A DNA stretch of 64,000 nucleotides, from the NCBI GenBank assembly GCA_963775425.1, contig CAVZJB010000013.1, positions 192,001 through 256,000 of the forward strand. The letters are read 5' to 3'. This document shows, in pieces, positions 19,919 to 28,884 of the stretch. The notes under the pieces were generated by a model. That model ran no database searches and was not told where the DNA came from. It was given only the letters and a program-made list of their open reading frames with translations. Made by a program: the position numbers and the translations under genes. Each line of letters begins with the position of its first letter. Within the stretch, counting starts at the first letter, position 1. The DNA comes from an uncultured delta proteobacterium (lineage in GTDB: Bacteria > Myxococcota > UBA727 > VGSZ01).

Positions 19919-21624
19919 TCGAGATCCTCGTTGGTGTCTTCGTCGAGGGCGGGGTTGTTCGCCTGCGCCGGCGGCTTGGCCAAGCCGATGCGCGGGAGGT
20001 CCACGCTGCGCACGCAGCGGAAGGTGACGTCGGCGGCGGCGGCGGTCTCGTGGCTGCGGTTGGCGATGGCCGGCGGCTCGATGCGGTTGCGCCACGGGCC
20101 GCCGCGCACCACCAGGCCGCCGGCGGGGTGCTGCGTCGACGTCCACTCCCACGCCTGCCCGATGTCGGAGACGCCGAAGGGGCTGTCGCCCGCGGGGTGC
20201 TCCCCGACCGGCACCGGCGCGCGCGAGGTCCACGGGCGCATCCACGTGGCCGGCAGCGCCTTCTTGTCGAACACGCTCCCCCAGGGCCAGGTCCGCCCGT
20301 CGAAGCCGCGCGCCGCCAGCTCCCACTCGATCTCCGTCGGCAGCCGCTTGCCCGCCCACTTCGCGTACGCCTGCGCCAGCTCGGGGCTGACGTTCACCGC
20401 GGGGCACGTGGCCATCTCCTCCGGGTAGCGCTCTTGCCAGGCCGCGGGGAAGTCGGTGTTCGTGGTGGAGCAGAAGGCGCGCAGCTCGGCGACGGTGACC
20501 GGGTGCTTGTCGATGAGGAACGGCAACACCTCGAAGTAGCTCGGCGGCTCCGCCTCGTCGTCGCCGGCGACGCCGAACAGGTAGCGGCCGCCGCCCACGA
20601 AGACCATCTCGTCCGGCAGCGACGACACGTCCTTCTCGAGGACGGCCACGCCCTCCTGCGACGCCGGGCGGATGCGCAGCTTCATGGTGGCGGCTTCGCT
20701 GGACTTGATGCGGGTGAGGCGCTTGCGCATGCGGCGCGCGAGGTTGCCTTCGCGATCGAGGGTGGCGGCCTCCTGCTGCTTGACGTCGTCGCAGAGCGTC
20801 TCGAGCTCGCGGCCCACCTCGCTGAAGTGGCCGCCGCCCGCCGCCTTCATGAGCGGCTCGACGAGGTGCATCAGCTCGCGCACGCCGTTGTGCTCCAGCT
20901 TCATCGCGCGCTCGGCGGAGCGCCGCAGCTCCGCGGGCACGACGCCGAGCGGGCCCTCCTCGTCGAGCTTGGCGCTCGCCGAAAACGGCAGCCCGGTGCA
21001 CAGCTCGAACAGCAGGCCGGCGACGCCGAACGCGTCGGCGCTGGCCTTCACGCGGCCCTGGAAGTCCGGCGGCGAAAAGCGCGTCTCCTCGTCGTCCGGC
21101 GCGGCCTGCTCGAAGGAGGTGCCGAGAAAGATGGTGCGTCCGGTCCACGACAGGATGAAGCGCCTCGGGTGGACGAGGGGCGCGACGATGGCGTTTTCGC
21201 CGCGGTCGAAGTGGTCCGCGGCGAGGTCGAGGAGGCAGGCGGCGGCGCAATAGGTGGCCGTGAGCGCCAGGCCGGTGCTCAGCGTGCCGCGGTCGACGGC
21301 GCGCTCGATGAGCCGGTCGAGCGAGATGCCGGGGACGTACTGCGTGGCCCAATAGGGGACGTCGGCGACGACGCCGGCGTCGACGTGGATGGCCAGGAGC
21401 TCCCCGTGGCTGCGGGCGCGGAGCTGGCAGGCGGCGTCGAAGGCCACCCGCTCGCGCCTGGCGAACTTGCCCCAGCGCGGCAGGCGGCGCACCGTGACCA
21501 CGGGCGACAGCTCACGCTCGAGGTCGACGGCGCGGTAGGTCTCCGGCCCGTGCGCGTCGAGCTGCTCGAGCAGCACGAAGCGGCCGAAGATCTCCTGCTG
21601 CGCCAACGGCGAAACGTCGTCCAC
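19915..21624 (-). CDS. Pseudokinase-like domain fused to an FGE-sulfatase (SUMF1/PvdO-like) domain
   Basis: N-terminus FGRFVLLEQL..YWATQYVPGISL..VHPRRFILSWTG..RFSPPD..ADAFGVAGLLFELCTG (kinase-like, lacks GxGxxG, HRD and DFG). C-terminus IDKHPVT, AQAYAKWAGKRLPTEIEWELAARG, SPFGVSDIGQAWEW, FRC. Confidence 0.8.
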   Translation of the reverse strand: MDDVSPLAQQEIFGRFVLLEQLDAHGPETYRAVDLERELSPVVTVRRLPRWGKFARRERVAFDAACQLRARSHGELLAIHVDAGVVADVPYWATQYVPGISLDRLIERAVDRGTLSTGLALTATYCAAACLLDLAADHFDRGENAIVAPLVHPRRFILSWTGRTIFLGTSFEQAAPDDEETRFSPPDFQGRVKASADAFGVAGLLFELCTGLPFSASAKLDEEGPLGVVPAELRRSAERAMKLEHNGVRELMHLVEPLMKAAGGGHFSEVGRELETLCDDVKQQEAATLDREGNLARRMRKRLTRIKSSEAATMKLRIRPASQEGVAVLEKDVSSLPDEMVFVGGGRYLFGVAGDDEAEPPSYFEVLPFLIDKHPVTVAELRAFCSTTNTDFPAAWQERYPEEMATCPAVNVSPELAQAYAKWAGKRLPTEIEWELAARGFDGRTWPWGSVFDKKALPATWMRPWTSRAPVPVGEHPAGDSPFGVSDIGQAWEWTSTQHPAGGLVVRGGPWRNRIEPPAIANRSHETAAAADVTFRCVRSVDLPRIGLAKPPAQANNPALDEDTNEDLE

Positions 21625-21762
21625 TCATCGGGTTGTACCGCACAGCCGTCGACGCGGTCGACGTGGGCGCGTCACGCGCCCGAACCGGGATTCCGGCGCT
21701 TGTTCGCCGCCGGAGCCGCGCCCGGCGGAGCGGGCTCGAGGCCGCGCACCCGTGGGGCGCCG

Positions 21763-22512
21763 TCACTCGCCGAGGTACGCCTTGCGGATCTCGGGCGACG
21801 CCAACAGCTCCTTGCCGCGGCCCTCCATCACGATCTCGCCCGTCTCGAGCACGTACGCGTAGTGGCACATGCCGAGCGCCAGGTGCGCGTTCTGCTCGAC
21901 GAGGAGGATCGACACCCCGCGCTGGTTGACGGTGCGGAGGATGCTGAAGATGCGCTCGATGATCTGCGGCGCGAGCCCCAGGCTGGGCTCGTCGAGCAAC
22001 AACAGGCGCGGACGGCTCATGAGCGCGCGCGCCACGGCCAGCATCTGCTGCTCGCCGCCCGACAGCGTGCCCGCGCGCTGCTTGTTGCGCTCCTTCAAGA
22101 TGGGGAAGAGCGTGAAGCACTCCTCGCGGTCCTTCTCGATCTCCGCGGTGTCCCTGCGCAGGTACGCCCCGAGGTCGAGGTTCTCCGAGACGCTCAGGTT
22201 CAAGAAGATGCCGCGGCCCTCGGGGGCGTGGGCCATCCCCTTGCCGACGAGCGCGTGCGCCTTGGCGCCGGTGATGTCCTCGGCGCCGAAGGCCACCTTG
22301 CCGCCGGCGGGCTTGAGCATCCCGGAGACCGCCCGCAGCGTCGACGTCTTGCCGGCGCCGTTGGCCCCGATGAGCGCCACCACCTCGCCCTTGCCCACCG
22401 ACAGGGAGATGCCGCGCAAAGCGACGATGGCGCCGTAGCTCACGTGGAGGTCCCTCACGTCGAGCAGCGTCTCGCGCGGCGCTCTCTCCCCGAGGACGGT
22501 GGCGCTCGTCAT
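21763..22512 (-). CDS. livF: Branched-chain amino acid ABC transporter ATPase LivF
   Basis: GANGAGKT, APEGRGIF, LSGGEQQMLA, LLLDEPSLGLAP, LVEQNA, AYLG. Confidence 0.95.
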   Translation of the reverse strand: MTSATVLGERAPRETLLDVRDLHVSYGAIVALRGISLSVGKGEVVALIGANGAGKTSTLRAVSGMLKPAGGKVAFGAEDITGAKAHALVGKGMAHAPEGRGIFLNLSVSENLDLGAYLRRDTAEIEKDREECFTLFPILKERNKQRAGTLSGGEQQMLAVARALMSRPRLLLLDEPSLGLAPQIIERIFSILRTVNQRGVSILLVEQNAHLALGMCHYAYVLETGEIVMEGRGKELLASPEIRKAYLGE

Positions 22513-23378
22513 ACCTGGAGCTCCTTGGTCTCCACGCCCAGGTACGCCTCGATCACCTTGGGGTTGTTCTTCACCTGCTCCGGCGTGCCCACGGCGATGG
22601 TCTCGCCGTGGTCGAGCACGGTGATGTTCTCGCAGATGCCCATCACGAGCTTCATGTCGTGCTCGATGACGAGGATGCCGAGCTCGAAGTCGTCGCGCAG
22701 GCGGCGGATGAGGACCATGAGGTCCTGCTTCTCCCGCGTGTTCATGCCGGCGGCCGGCTCGTCGAGGAGGAGCACCTTGGGGCCGGTGGCCAGCGCGCGC
22801 GCGATCTCCAGGCGGCGCTGCTCGCCGTACGGCAGGGACGACGCCATCTCGTCGGCGCGATAGGCGAGGCCCATCACCTCGAGCAGCGCGAGGGCGCGCT
22901 CCTCGATCTCTTTTTCTTCGCGCAGAAAACCGGGCGTGAGCAGAAACGCGCGCCACCAGTCGAGGTAGTTGCCCCACGCCTCGAACGTGTACGCGAGCGC
23001 GTTGTTGCCCTCCTTGCGCAGCGCCTCCACCCTGCTCCGGGGGAACAGCGGGGTCTTGTCGGAGAGGCACGCGACCTTGACGTTGTCGAGGGCAGTGAGG
23101 TCGCGGAACAGGCGGATGTTCTGGAAGGTGCGCGCGAGGCCCGCGCGGTTGATCTGGTGCGGCAGGCGGCCGTTGACGCGGACGCCGTCGACGAAGACGT
23201 CGCCCGACGTGGGCGCGTACACGCCGGTGAGCGCGTTGAACGCGGTGGTCTTGCCGGCGCCGTTGGGCCCGATGAGCCCCTTGAGGTCGCCCTTGTCGAT
23301 GGAGAGCGAGAACTCGGCGAGCGCCTTGAGGCCGCCGAACTGCATGGTGCACGCCCGCGCCTCGAGCAGCGCCGTCAC
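22509..23378 (-). CDS. livG: Branched-chain amino acid ABC transporter ATPase LivG
   Basis: FGGLKAL, GPNGAGKTT, RTFQNIRLF, LPYGEQRRLEIARAL, LLLDEPAAG, IEHDM, VIEAYLG. Confidence 0.95.
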   Translation of the reverse strand: MTALLEARACTMQFGGLKALAEFSLSIDKGDLKGLIGPNGAGKTTAFNALTGVYAPTSGDVFVDGVRVNGRLPHQINRAGLARTFQNIRLFRDLTALDNVKVACLSDKTPLFPRSRVEALRKEGNNALAYTFEAWGNYLDWWRAFLLTPGFLREEKEIEERALALLEVMGLAYRADEMASSLPYGEQRRLEIARALATGPKVLLLDEPAAGMNTREKQDLMVLIRRLRDDFELGILVIEHDMKLVMGICENITVLDHGETIAVGTPEQVKNNPKVIEAYLGVETKELQV

Positions 23379-24547
23379 GAGGCCCCCGGAGGCGGCGGGC
23401 TCGCGGTGCGGCGGCGGCGCTTGAACGGGCCGAAGTCCCACAGCTCCTTGGTGCCGAACAGCCCCTGCGGCCGCAAGAGCATGATGGCGACGAGGAGCAG
23501 GCCGTAGATGGGCATGCGCGCCTGGTCGACCTTCTGCGCGACGTCGCCGGACGCGCCCGCAGCGAGGAAGATGGAGCGCAGCGCCTCCGGCAGGAGCGTC
23601 AGCGTCACCGCGGCGATGATGGCGCCGGTGGTGGAGCCGAGGCCGCCGGCCACGATCATCACCACGATCTCCATCGACTTCACGAACGTGAACGACGCCG
23701 GGTTCACGATGCTCTGGTAGTGCGCGAACACGCCGCCCGCGAGGCCGGCAAAGAAGGCGGCGACCACGAAGGAGCGCACCTTGTAGCCGGTGGTGTTGAC
23801 GCCCATGGCCTCGGCGGCGACCTCGTCCTCGCGGATGGCGAGGAGCGAGCGCCCGTGCGTAGACGCCGCGATGCGCCGCGCGACCACGACGGTGATGAAC
23901 ACGACGAGCCAGCAGGAAAACAGCGTGGTCCACTGCGGCGGATCCCGCAGGCCGAGCGCGCGGCCGAACATGTCGGTGTTCTGCACGATGACGCGGATGA
24001 TCTCGCCGAAGCCGAGCGTGACGATGGCGAGGTAGTCGCCCTTCAAGCGCAAAGACGGCAAGCCGACGACGAAGCCGAACACGGCCGCGGTGCTCGCGCC
24101 CGCGAGGAGCGAGATCACGAACATCACCTGGTCGCTCACGGCGCCCGGCAGAAACGAGATGTCGTAGGTGACGAGCGTCTTTGACACCACGACCCCGACG
24201 TAGGCGCCGATGGCCATGAAGCCCGCGTGGCCGATGGAGAACTGGCCCGTCATGCCGTTCACGATGTTGAGCGACACCGCGAGGATGACGTTGACGCCCA
24301 CGGCCTTGGCGAGGATGACGAAGAACGGCGAGTCCTCCGTGGCCACCTGCACCAGCGCCAGGATGGGGATGGCCACGAGGAACGGGAAGATGCCGCGCAG
24401 GCCCGGCGGCAGCTTCTCCAGGAAGGCGAACGCGGGGTGCAGCGACGACGTCGACGACGGCGGCGAGCGCGGGTCCGGCGACTGCTCCGACGACGACGGC
24501 GACGGGGACGGCGGCGGCGAGGTCGGGGGCGTCTTGTCGGAGGCCAC
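23375..24547 (-). CDS. livM: Branched-chain amino acid ABC transporter permease LivM
   Basis: SLNIVNGMTGQFSIGHAGF, LRLKGDYLAIVTLGFGEI, AIREDEVAAEAMG, RPQGLFG. Confidence 0.93.
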   Translation of the reverse strand: MASDKTPPTSPPPSPSPSSSEQSPDPRSPPSSTSSLHPAFAFLEKLPPGLRGIFPFLVAIPILALVQVATEDSPFFVILAKAVGVNVILAVSLNIVNGMTGQFSIGHAGFMAIGAYVGVVVSKTLVTYDISFLPGAVSDQVMFVISLLAGASTAAVFGFVVGLPSLRLKGDYLAIVTLGFGEIIRVIVQNTDMFGRALGLRDPPQWTTLFSCWLVVFITVVVARRIAASTHGRSLLAIREDEVAAEAMGVNTTGYKVRSFVVAAFFAGLAGGVFAHYQSIVNPASFTFVKSMEIVVMIVAGGLGSTTGAIIAAVTLTLLPEALRSIFLAAGASGDVAQKVDQARMPIYGLLLVAIMLLRPQGLFGTKELWDFGPFKRRRRTASPPPPGAS

Positions 24548-24549
24548 GG

Positions 24550-25293
24550 TCAGCCCCCCGCCTGCGCGATGAGCGCGTTGGTGGCGACGTTGTAGCAGGC
24601 GTCCTCGACGTCGGCGCAGGCGCCTGCGTCGTTGTTGAAGCAGTCGGCCCACGCGGTGCGGAAGTCGAGGTTGGCGGGGGTGAGGTCGTCGACGCACGTG
24701 GACAGCGGGAAGCCGTTGTCGCCCTCGCCGGCGCAGGTGTCGGCGGCGTCCTGGCACAGCTGCGCGGCGCCGGGGTTCTCGCAGGCGCTGAGGCCGGCGA
24801 AGCAGGCGTTGATGGCGGCGGCGTCGTGGCAGTCGGCCGACGCGATCTGCGCGAGGCACGCGAACGCGGCGTCGAACAGGCCCGCGCGCAGCGTGAGCCC
24901 GGCGTCGCGGCAGGTGCTCTCGGTCTCGTTTTGATCGATGGCCGCGCACGAGGCCGCGGGGATGGAGGCGCAGTCGGCGACGGCGTGGGCGCCGCCGGCG
25001 TCGCCCTGGCAGCCCTCGCCCTCGCCCTCGCCCTCGCCCTCACCCTCTCCACCGAGCTTGACGCACAGGCTCGACGCGCAGGTGAGCCCGGCGTCGCAGG
25101 CGCCGCCGGCGGTGCAGGGCCCGCCCTCGGAGCCGACGGCCTTGCCGCAGCCGGCGAGCGCGCCGACGAGCGCGGCCACGACCACGAGCGTCGCGCCGGC
25201 CCTCGAGGGGACGGCCCGCGTCGCGCGCCACCCCACGCGGCGATCCCACAGGCCCACGCGGCGATCCCACAGGCGCGCGACCGCGGACGCCAT
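24550..25293 (-). CDS. Cys-rich lipoprotein with (GE)6 tract, located between livH and livM
   Basis: TGATG overlap with the livH stop; lipobox ALAGC; CTAGGACDAGLTCASSLC; [13 protein letters not shown]; ends 2 nt before the livM GTG. Confidence 0.8.
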   Translation of the reverse strand: MASAVARLWDRRVGLWDRRVGWRATRAVPSRAGATLVVVAALVGALAGCGKAVGSEGGPCTAGGACDAGLTCASSLCVKLGGEGEGEGEGEGEGCQGDAGGAHAVADCASIPAASCAAIDQNETESTCRDAGLTLRAGLFDAAFACLAQIASADCHDAAAINACFAGLSACENPGAAQLCQDAADTCAGEGDNGFPLSTCVDDLTPANLDFRTAWADCFNNDAGACADVEDACYNVATNALIAQAGG

Positions 25294-26228
25294 CAGACCT
25301 TCTCCGCCGTCACTTTGCCGAACAAGCCCTCGGGCCTGAACAACAGCACGACGATGAGGAAGCCGAACGCCACGGCGTCTCGCCACGTGGAGCTGCCGTA
25401 GCCGACGACCATCTCCTCGACGAAGCCGAGCAACAGCCCGCCGACGACGGCGCCGGGGACGTGGCCGATGCCGCCGATGACGGCGGCGACGAACGCCTTG
25501 AGGCCGATCATGGTGCCCATGAGCGGCTGCACCAGCGTGTCCTTGATGGCGTAGAGGATGCCGGCGCCGGCGGCGAGGCCGCTGCCGAGCATGAAGGTGG
25601 CGGCGATGACGCGGTCGACGGGGATGCCCATCAAGGCGCTGGTGCGGTGATCGAAGCTCACCGCGCGCATGGCGGTGCCGAAGCGCGTCTTGAACACGAG
25701 GAACTGCAGGCCGAGCATGAGCGCCACGGCGATGAGCACCGAGATCACCTGCCAGTTCCACACGACGACGTCGCGGTCGCCGATGATGATCCACTCGTGG
25801 GGCCGGATGATCTCCGGGAACGCCTTGGGCGCGGCGCCGGGCAGGATGGTGAGGCCGCCCACCTTGACGTCGAGCTGGAAGCCGTACGAGATGGCGAACG
25901 ACACGCCGATGGCGGTGATGAGCGCCACCAGGCGCGGCTTCTCCCGCAGGGGCCGGTAGGCGAAGCGCTCCACCAGGAAGCCGATGAGCGCGCACAGCCC
26001 CATGGCCACGAGGAACACCAGCGTGACGCCGAAGAAGGTGCTGCTGTTCTGGCGCCCGAGCTGGTGGGCGGTGGCGTAGCCGGCGTAGACGCCCACCATC
26101 ATCACGTCGCCGTGGGCGAAGTTGATGAGCTTCAGCACGCCGTACACCATGGTGTAGCCGAGCGCGACGAGCGCATAGATGGTGCCCGCGGCCAGGCCGT
26201 TGATCAGGTGCTGAACGAGCTCCGCCAC
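25293..26228 (-). CDS. livH: Branched-chain amino acid ABC transporter permease LivH
   Basis: NGLAAGTIYALVALGYTMVYGVLKLINFAHG, ERFAYRPLR, KAFVAAVIGGIG, RPEGLFG. Confidence 0.95.
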   Translation of the reverse strand: MAELVQHLINGLAAGTIYALVALGYTMVYGVLKLINFAHGDVMMVGVYAGYATAHQLGRQNSSTFFGVTLVFLVAMGLCALIGFLVERFAYRPLREKPRLVALITAIGVSFAISYGFQLDVKVGGLTILPGAAPKAFPEIIRPHEWIIIGDRDVVVWNWQVISVLIAVALMLGLQFLVFKTRFGTAMRAVSFDHRTSALMGIPVDRVIAATFMLGSGLAAGAGILYAIKDTLVQPLMGTMIGLKAFVAAVIGGIGHVPGAVVGGLLLGFVEEMVVGYGSSTWRDAVAFGFLIVVLLFRPEGLFGKVTAEKV

Positions 26229-26327
26229 GGCGGGCGCGTAGCGGAATCAGCGCCCCGTGCCAACGCCGGAGCGGCGCCTACGAACGCGGGCGCGCAATGT
26301 AACTGCGGGCTGATCGATGATGTCCCC

Positions 26328-26840
26328 ATGAGCAAGCAGCCTTTCTCCACCGGCTGGGTCATCGCCAGCATCGTGATCTTCACCGCCCTCGAGCTGCTCA
26401 TCGGCCTCGTGCTCGCCCCCGCGATCTTCGCGGGCCGCATGGTGGCGTCCCAGATGTGGCGCATCCGCGTGGAGATGCTGATGCACCTCGGCAGCTTCTT
26501 CCTCGGCGGCATCCTGGTGGGGCTCCTCTCGCCCGGCGTGCGCCTGTTGGAGCCGGCGGTGGGCGCGTTCGTCTCCGTGCTGCTCGTGTTCCTCTGGGCG
26601 GTGTTCATGCCGTACTCGTGGTTCCACTTCGACCTGAGCAAGATCGTCGTCGGCGGCGGCATCGCCTTCGGCCTCGGCCTCGCCGGCGCGTACTCGGGCG
26701 AAAAGTGGATGGGCAACATCCCCGACGACGGCGCCCGGGCCCGCCTGCGCAGCCGCATGTGGGGCGACCGCGGCATGCTCGGCAGGAGCGACGCGCGGGC
26801 GCTCGACGACAAGCTCGCCGAGCTTCAGCGCCGGTCGTAG
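26328..26840 (+). CDS. Hypothetical four-TM membrane protein
   Basis: MSKQPFSTGWVIASIVIF..SFFLGGILVGLLSPGVRLLEPAVGA..GAYSGEKW. Confidence 0.75.
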   Translation: MSKQPFSTGWVIASIVIFTALELLIGLVLAPAIFAGRMVASQMWRIRVEMLMHLGSFFLGGILVGLLSPGVRLLEPAVGAFVSVLLVFLWAVFMPYSWFHFDLSKIVVGGGIAFGLGLAGAYSGEKWMGNIPDDGARARLRSRMWGDRGMLGRSDARALDDKLAELQRRS

Positions 26841-26854
26841 GGCTCGCCCGGGGC

Positions 26855-27943
26855 CTAGAACACGGTGCCGGGGTCGAGGACCTCGAAGGAGGCGGCGGGG
26901 ACGTCCTTGAGCTCGTCGAGGTCGTCGGTCCAGCCGGGGTCGTCGACGGACTGGAAGAACATGTCGCTGCCGTTGTCGGCGAGGATCATGCCGTAGGTCT
27001 TCATGGCCGCGAGGAACGCGCGCGGGATGGGAGAGAAGCCGGACGTGTCGAAGTCCGCGCGCAGGCGGATGCGCAGTCCCATGGGGAGCGCGTCGGGGTC
27101 GTTTTCGTCGCAGCCCTGCGGGACGGCCTGGTGCGAGGCCGGCCGCACGTAGTGCGGCTGCGTGCACGCGACCGTGAACCGCAGCGCGTGGCGGATGGCG
27201 CCGGCGGCGGCCTCGTCGAAGCGCGCGAGGCCGGCGGTGATGGACAGCCCGGCGGCGTCGGCGGAGGTGAAGCCCTCGGGGCGCTGGCCCTGCGAGCTGC
27301 GCGTCATGTCGAAGCGGGCGCCGTTGGCGCAGACGTAGCCGTCGACGTCGTCGAAGCGGCACAGCCAGCCCTCGAACACGGAGCAGTCCGCCTCGGAGAC
27401 CGCGAGCAGGTGGCAGTCGCCGTCGCAGTTGCGCGGGTCGTCGGTGCCCTCGATCTTCACGTCGTCGACGGACGGGAGCACCACGGGCCCCGGGTCGCTC
27501 TCCTCGGGGAAGATGTCGTAGGTGATGCTCACCGGCGCGGTGCCCGCGGGCACGACGTTGACGGGGATGCCGAAGTGCTCGGTGGCGAAGTTGCCGAAGT
27601 CGGGGTGGAGCTTCACGCCCGCGTAGCGCGCGCGAAACGACGTTGTGCGCGCTGTGTCGACGGCGGCGGCGCTGACGTCGGTGTTCCAGGCGTCGTCGGC
27701 GGTGAAGACGGGGCAGGCGCCGACGTGGGGCACGGCGGCGTCGCCCTCGCCTTCGCCTTCGCCTTCGCCTTCGCCTTCGCCTTCGCCTTCGCCTTCGCCT
27801 TCACCTTCGCCTTCGCCTTCGCCTTCGCCTTCGCCTTCGCCCTCGCCCTCGCCCTCGCCCGCCGAGGGGCCGGCGCCCGGGTCGACGGCGGGGCACGCGG
27901 CCGCGAGCGACGCCGCCCACGCGAGGAGGACGAGCGCCCTCAC
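26855..27943 (-). CDS. Lipoprotein with (GE)19 tract and an uncharacterised globular domain
   Basis: Lipobox LAAAC; GE tract 27743-27859; CPVFTADDAWNTDVS, LHPDFG, ESDPGP, GDCHLL, SADAAGL, IRHALRFT, PMGLRIRL, KTYGMILADNG. Confidence 0.85.
   Translation of the reverse strand: MRALVLLAWAASLAAACPAVDPGAGPSAGEGEGEGEGEGEGEGEGEGEGEGEGEGEGEGEGEGEGEGDAAVPHVGACPVFTADDAWNTDVSAAAVDTARTTSFRARYAGVKLHPDFGNFATEHFGIPVNVVPAGTAPVSITYDIFPEESDPGPVVLPSVDDVKIEGTDDPRNCDGDCHLLAVSEADCSVFEGWLCRFDDVDGYVCANGARFDMTRSSQGQRPEGFTSADAAGLSITAGLARFDEAAAGAIRHALRFTVACTQPHYVRPASHQAVPQGCDENDPDALPMGLRIRLRADFDTSGFSPIPRAFLAAMKTYGMILADNGSDMFFQSVDDPGWTDDLDELKDVPAASFEVLDPGTVF
27743..27859 (-). repeat. Hexamer tandem repeat (GGCGAR-type) x19 encoding (Gly-Glu)n
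   Basis: ttcgcc/ctcgcc units on the + strand. Confidence 0.95.
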
Positions 27944-28833
27944 GCGCTCGCCTTCGCCGGCACCGGCTCGGACGAGGGCGCCGGCAGCTCCCGCGGCGCC
28001 GGCAACGGACCGAAGCCCGCCTCGGGGTCTTCGAAGAGGCGCCGGAGGGTCTTCGACATGCGCGAGGCGTGCATCCCGTCGAGCACGCGGTGATCAAAAG
28101 TGGCGAAGCAGCGGAGGATCTTCCCCACGACGATGTTGCCGTCCTCGACGACGGCCTCGTCCTGCACGGCGCCCACCGCCACCAACAGCGGCACCCGCGA
28201 GTACGGCACGAGCGGCACGTACGCCTCCTCGAGGCCGAGCGAGCCGATGTTCGTCACCATGGCGGAGCCGAACGCGTCCTTGGGCACCCCGGCCCAGCGC
28301 AGGTCGAGGTTGAGCGTGTAGACGAGGAACCCGAGCAGATCGAGGAACTTGTTCAAGAGGAAGAACGGGATGAGCTTGAAGGTGCTGCGCGTGCCCTCGA
28401 GCTCCTTGTCCTTGCCGGCCTTCACCTTGTCCACGCTCGCCTGGAACTCGTCGACGATCTCCTCCATCGACTTGTTGTGCGCGTCGAACATGCGGTAGCC
28501 GCTCAGATCGATCTCGCCGGTCTTTGGGTCCTTCATCTCCACCTGGAAGAACACGCCGATGTCCTCGCGCAGGTAGATGCGGTTGAAGCGGAGGATGGCG
28601 TTGGCGTCGGGCATGTCCGCGAGCACCAGCGCCACCGCCTTGGCCATCACGTGGCTCAGCGTCAAGCGCTTGCCCGTCCGCCGCCGGAATTCGTCGACGT
28701 ACGCGAGCGTCTTGTCGGCCCGCAGCTTCAGCGTGCCGTAGACCGAGGGATCGTGCGCCGTCCGCCACGTCCCGATGGCGATCTTGCGGAAGGACGACAG
28801 CCGCTCTTTTTTCCGGAGGCGCAGGTTCCCCAT
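27940..28833 (-). CDS. 2-oxoacid dehydrogenase E2 catalytic-domain-only acyltransferase
   Basis: [42 protein letters not shown]; no lipoyl domain; GTGA overlap with the downstream lipoprotein. Confidence 0.85.
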   Translation of the reverse strand: MGNLRLRKKERLSSFRKIAIGTWRTAHDPSVYGTLKLRADKTLAYVDEFRRRTGKRLTLSHVMAKAVALVLADMPDANAILRFNRIYLREDIGVFFQVEMKDPKTGEIDLSGYRMFDAHNKSMEEIVDEFQASVDKVKAGKDKELEGTRSTFKLIPFFLLNKFLDLLGFLVYTLNLDLRWAGVPKDAFGSAMVTNIGSLGLEEAYVPLVPYSRVPLLVAVGAVQDEAVVEDGNIVVGKILRCFATFDHRVLDGMHASRMSKTLRRLFEDPEAGFGPLPAPRELPAPSSEPVPAKASA

Positions 28834-28840
28834 GGCCGGC

Positions 28841-28877
28841 AGCTTACACCGACGAACACCCGCGCCTCTGCTAACCT
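28841..28877. promoter_or_regulatory. Divergent pair of putative -10 elements, each 7 nt from a start codon (leaderless promoters)
   Basis: TAAGCT (minus, 28841-28846)-N7-ATG 28833 and TAACCT (28872-28877)-N7-ATG 28885. Confidence 0.55.
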
Positions 28878-28884
28878 GTCCGAC

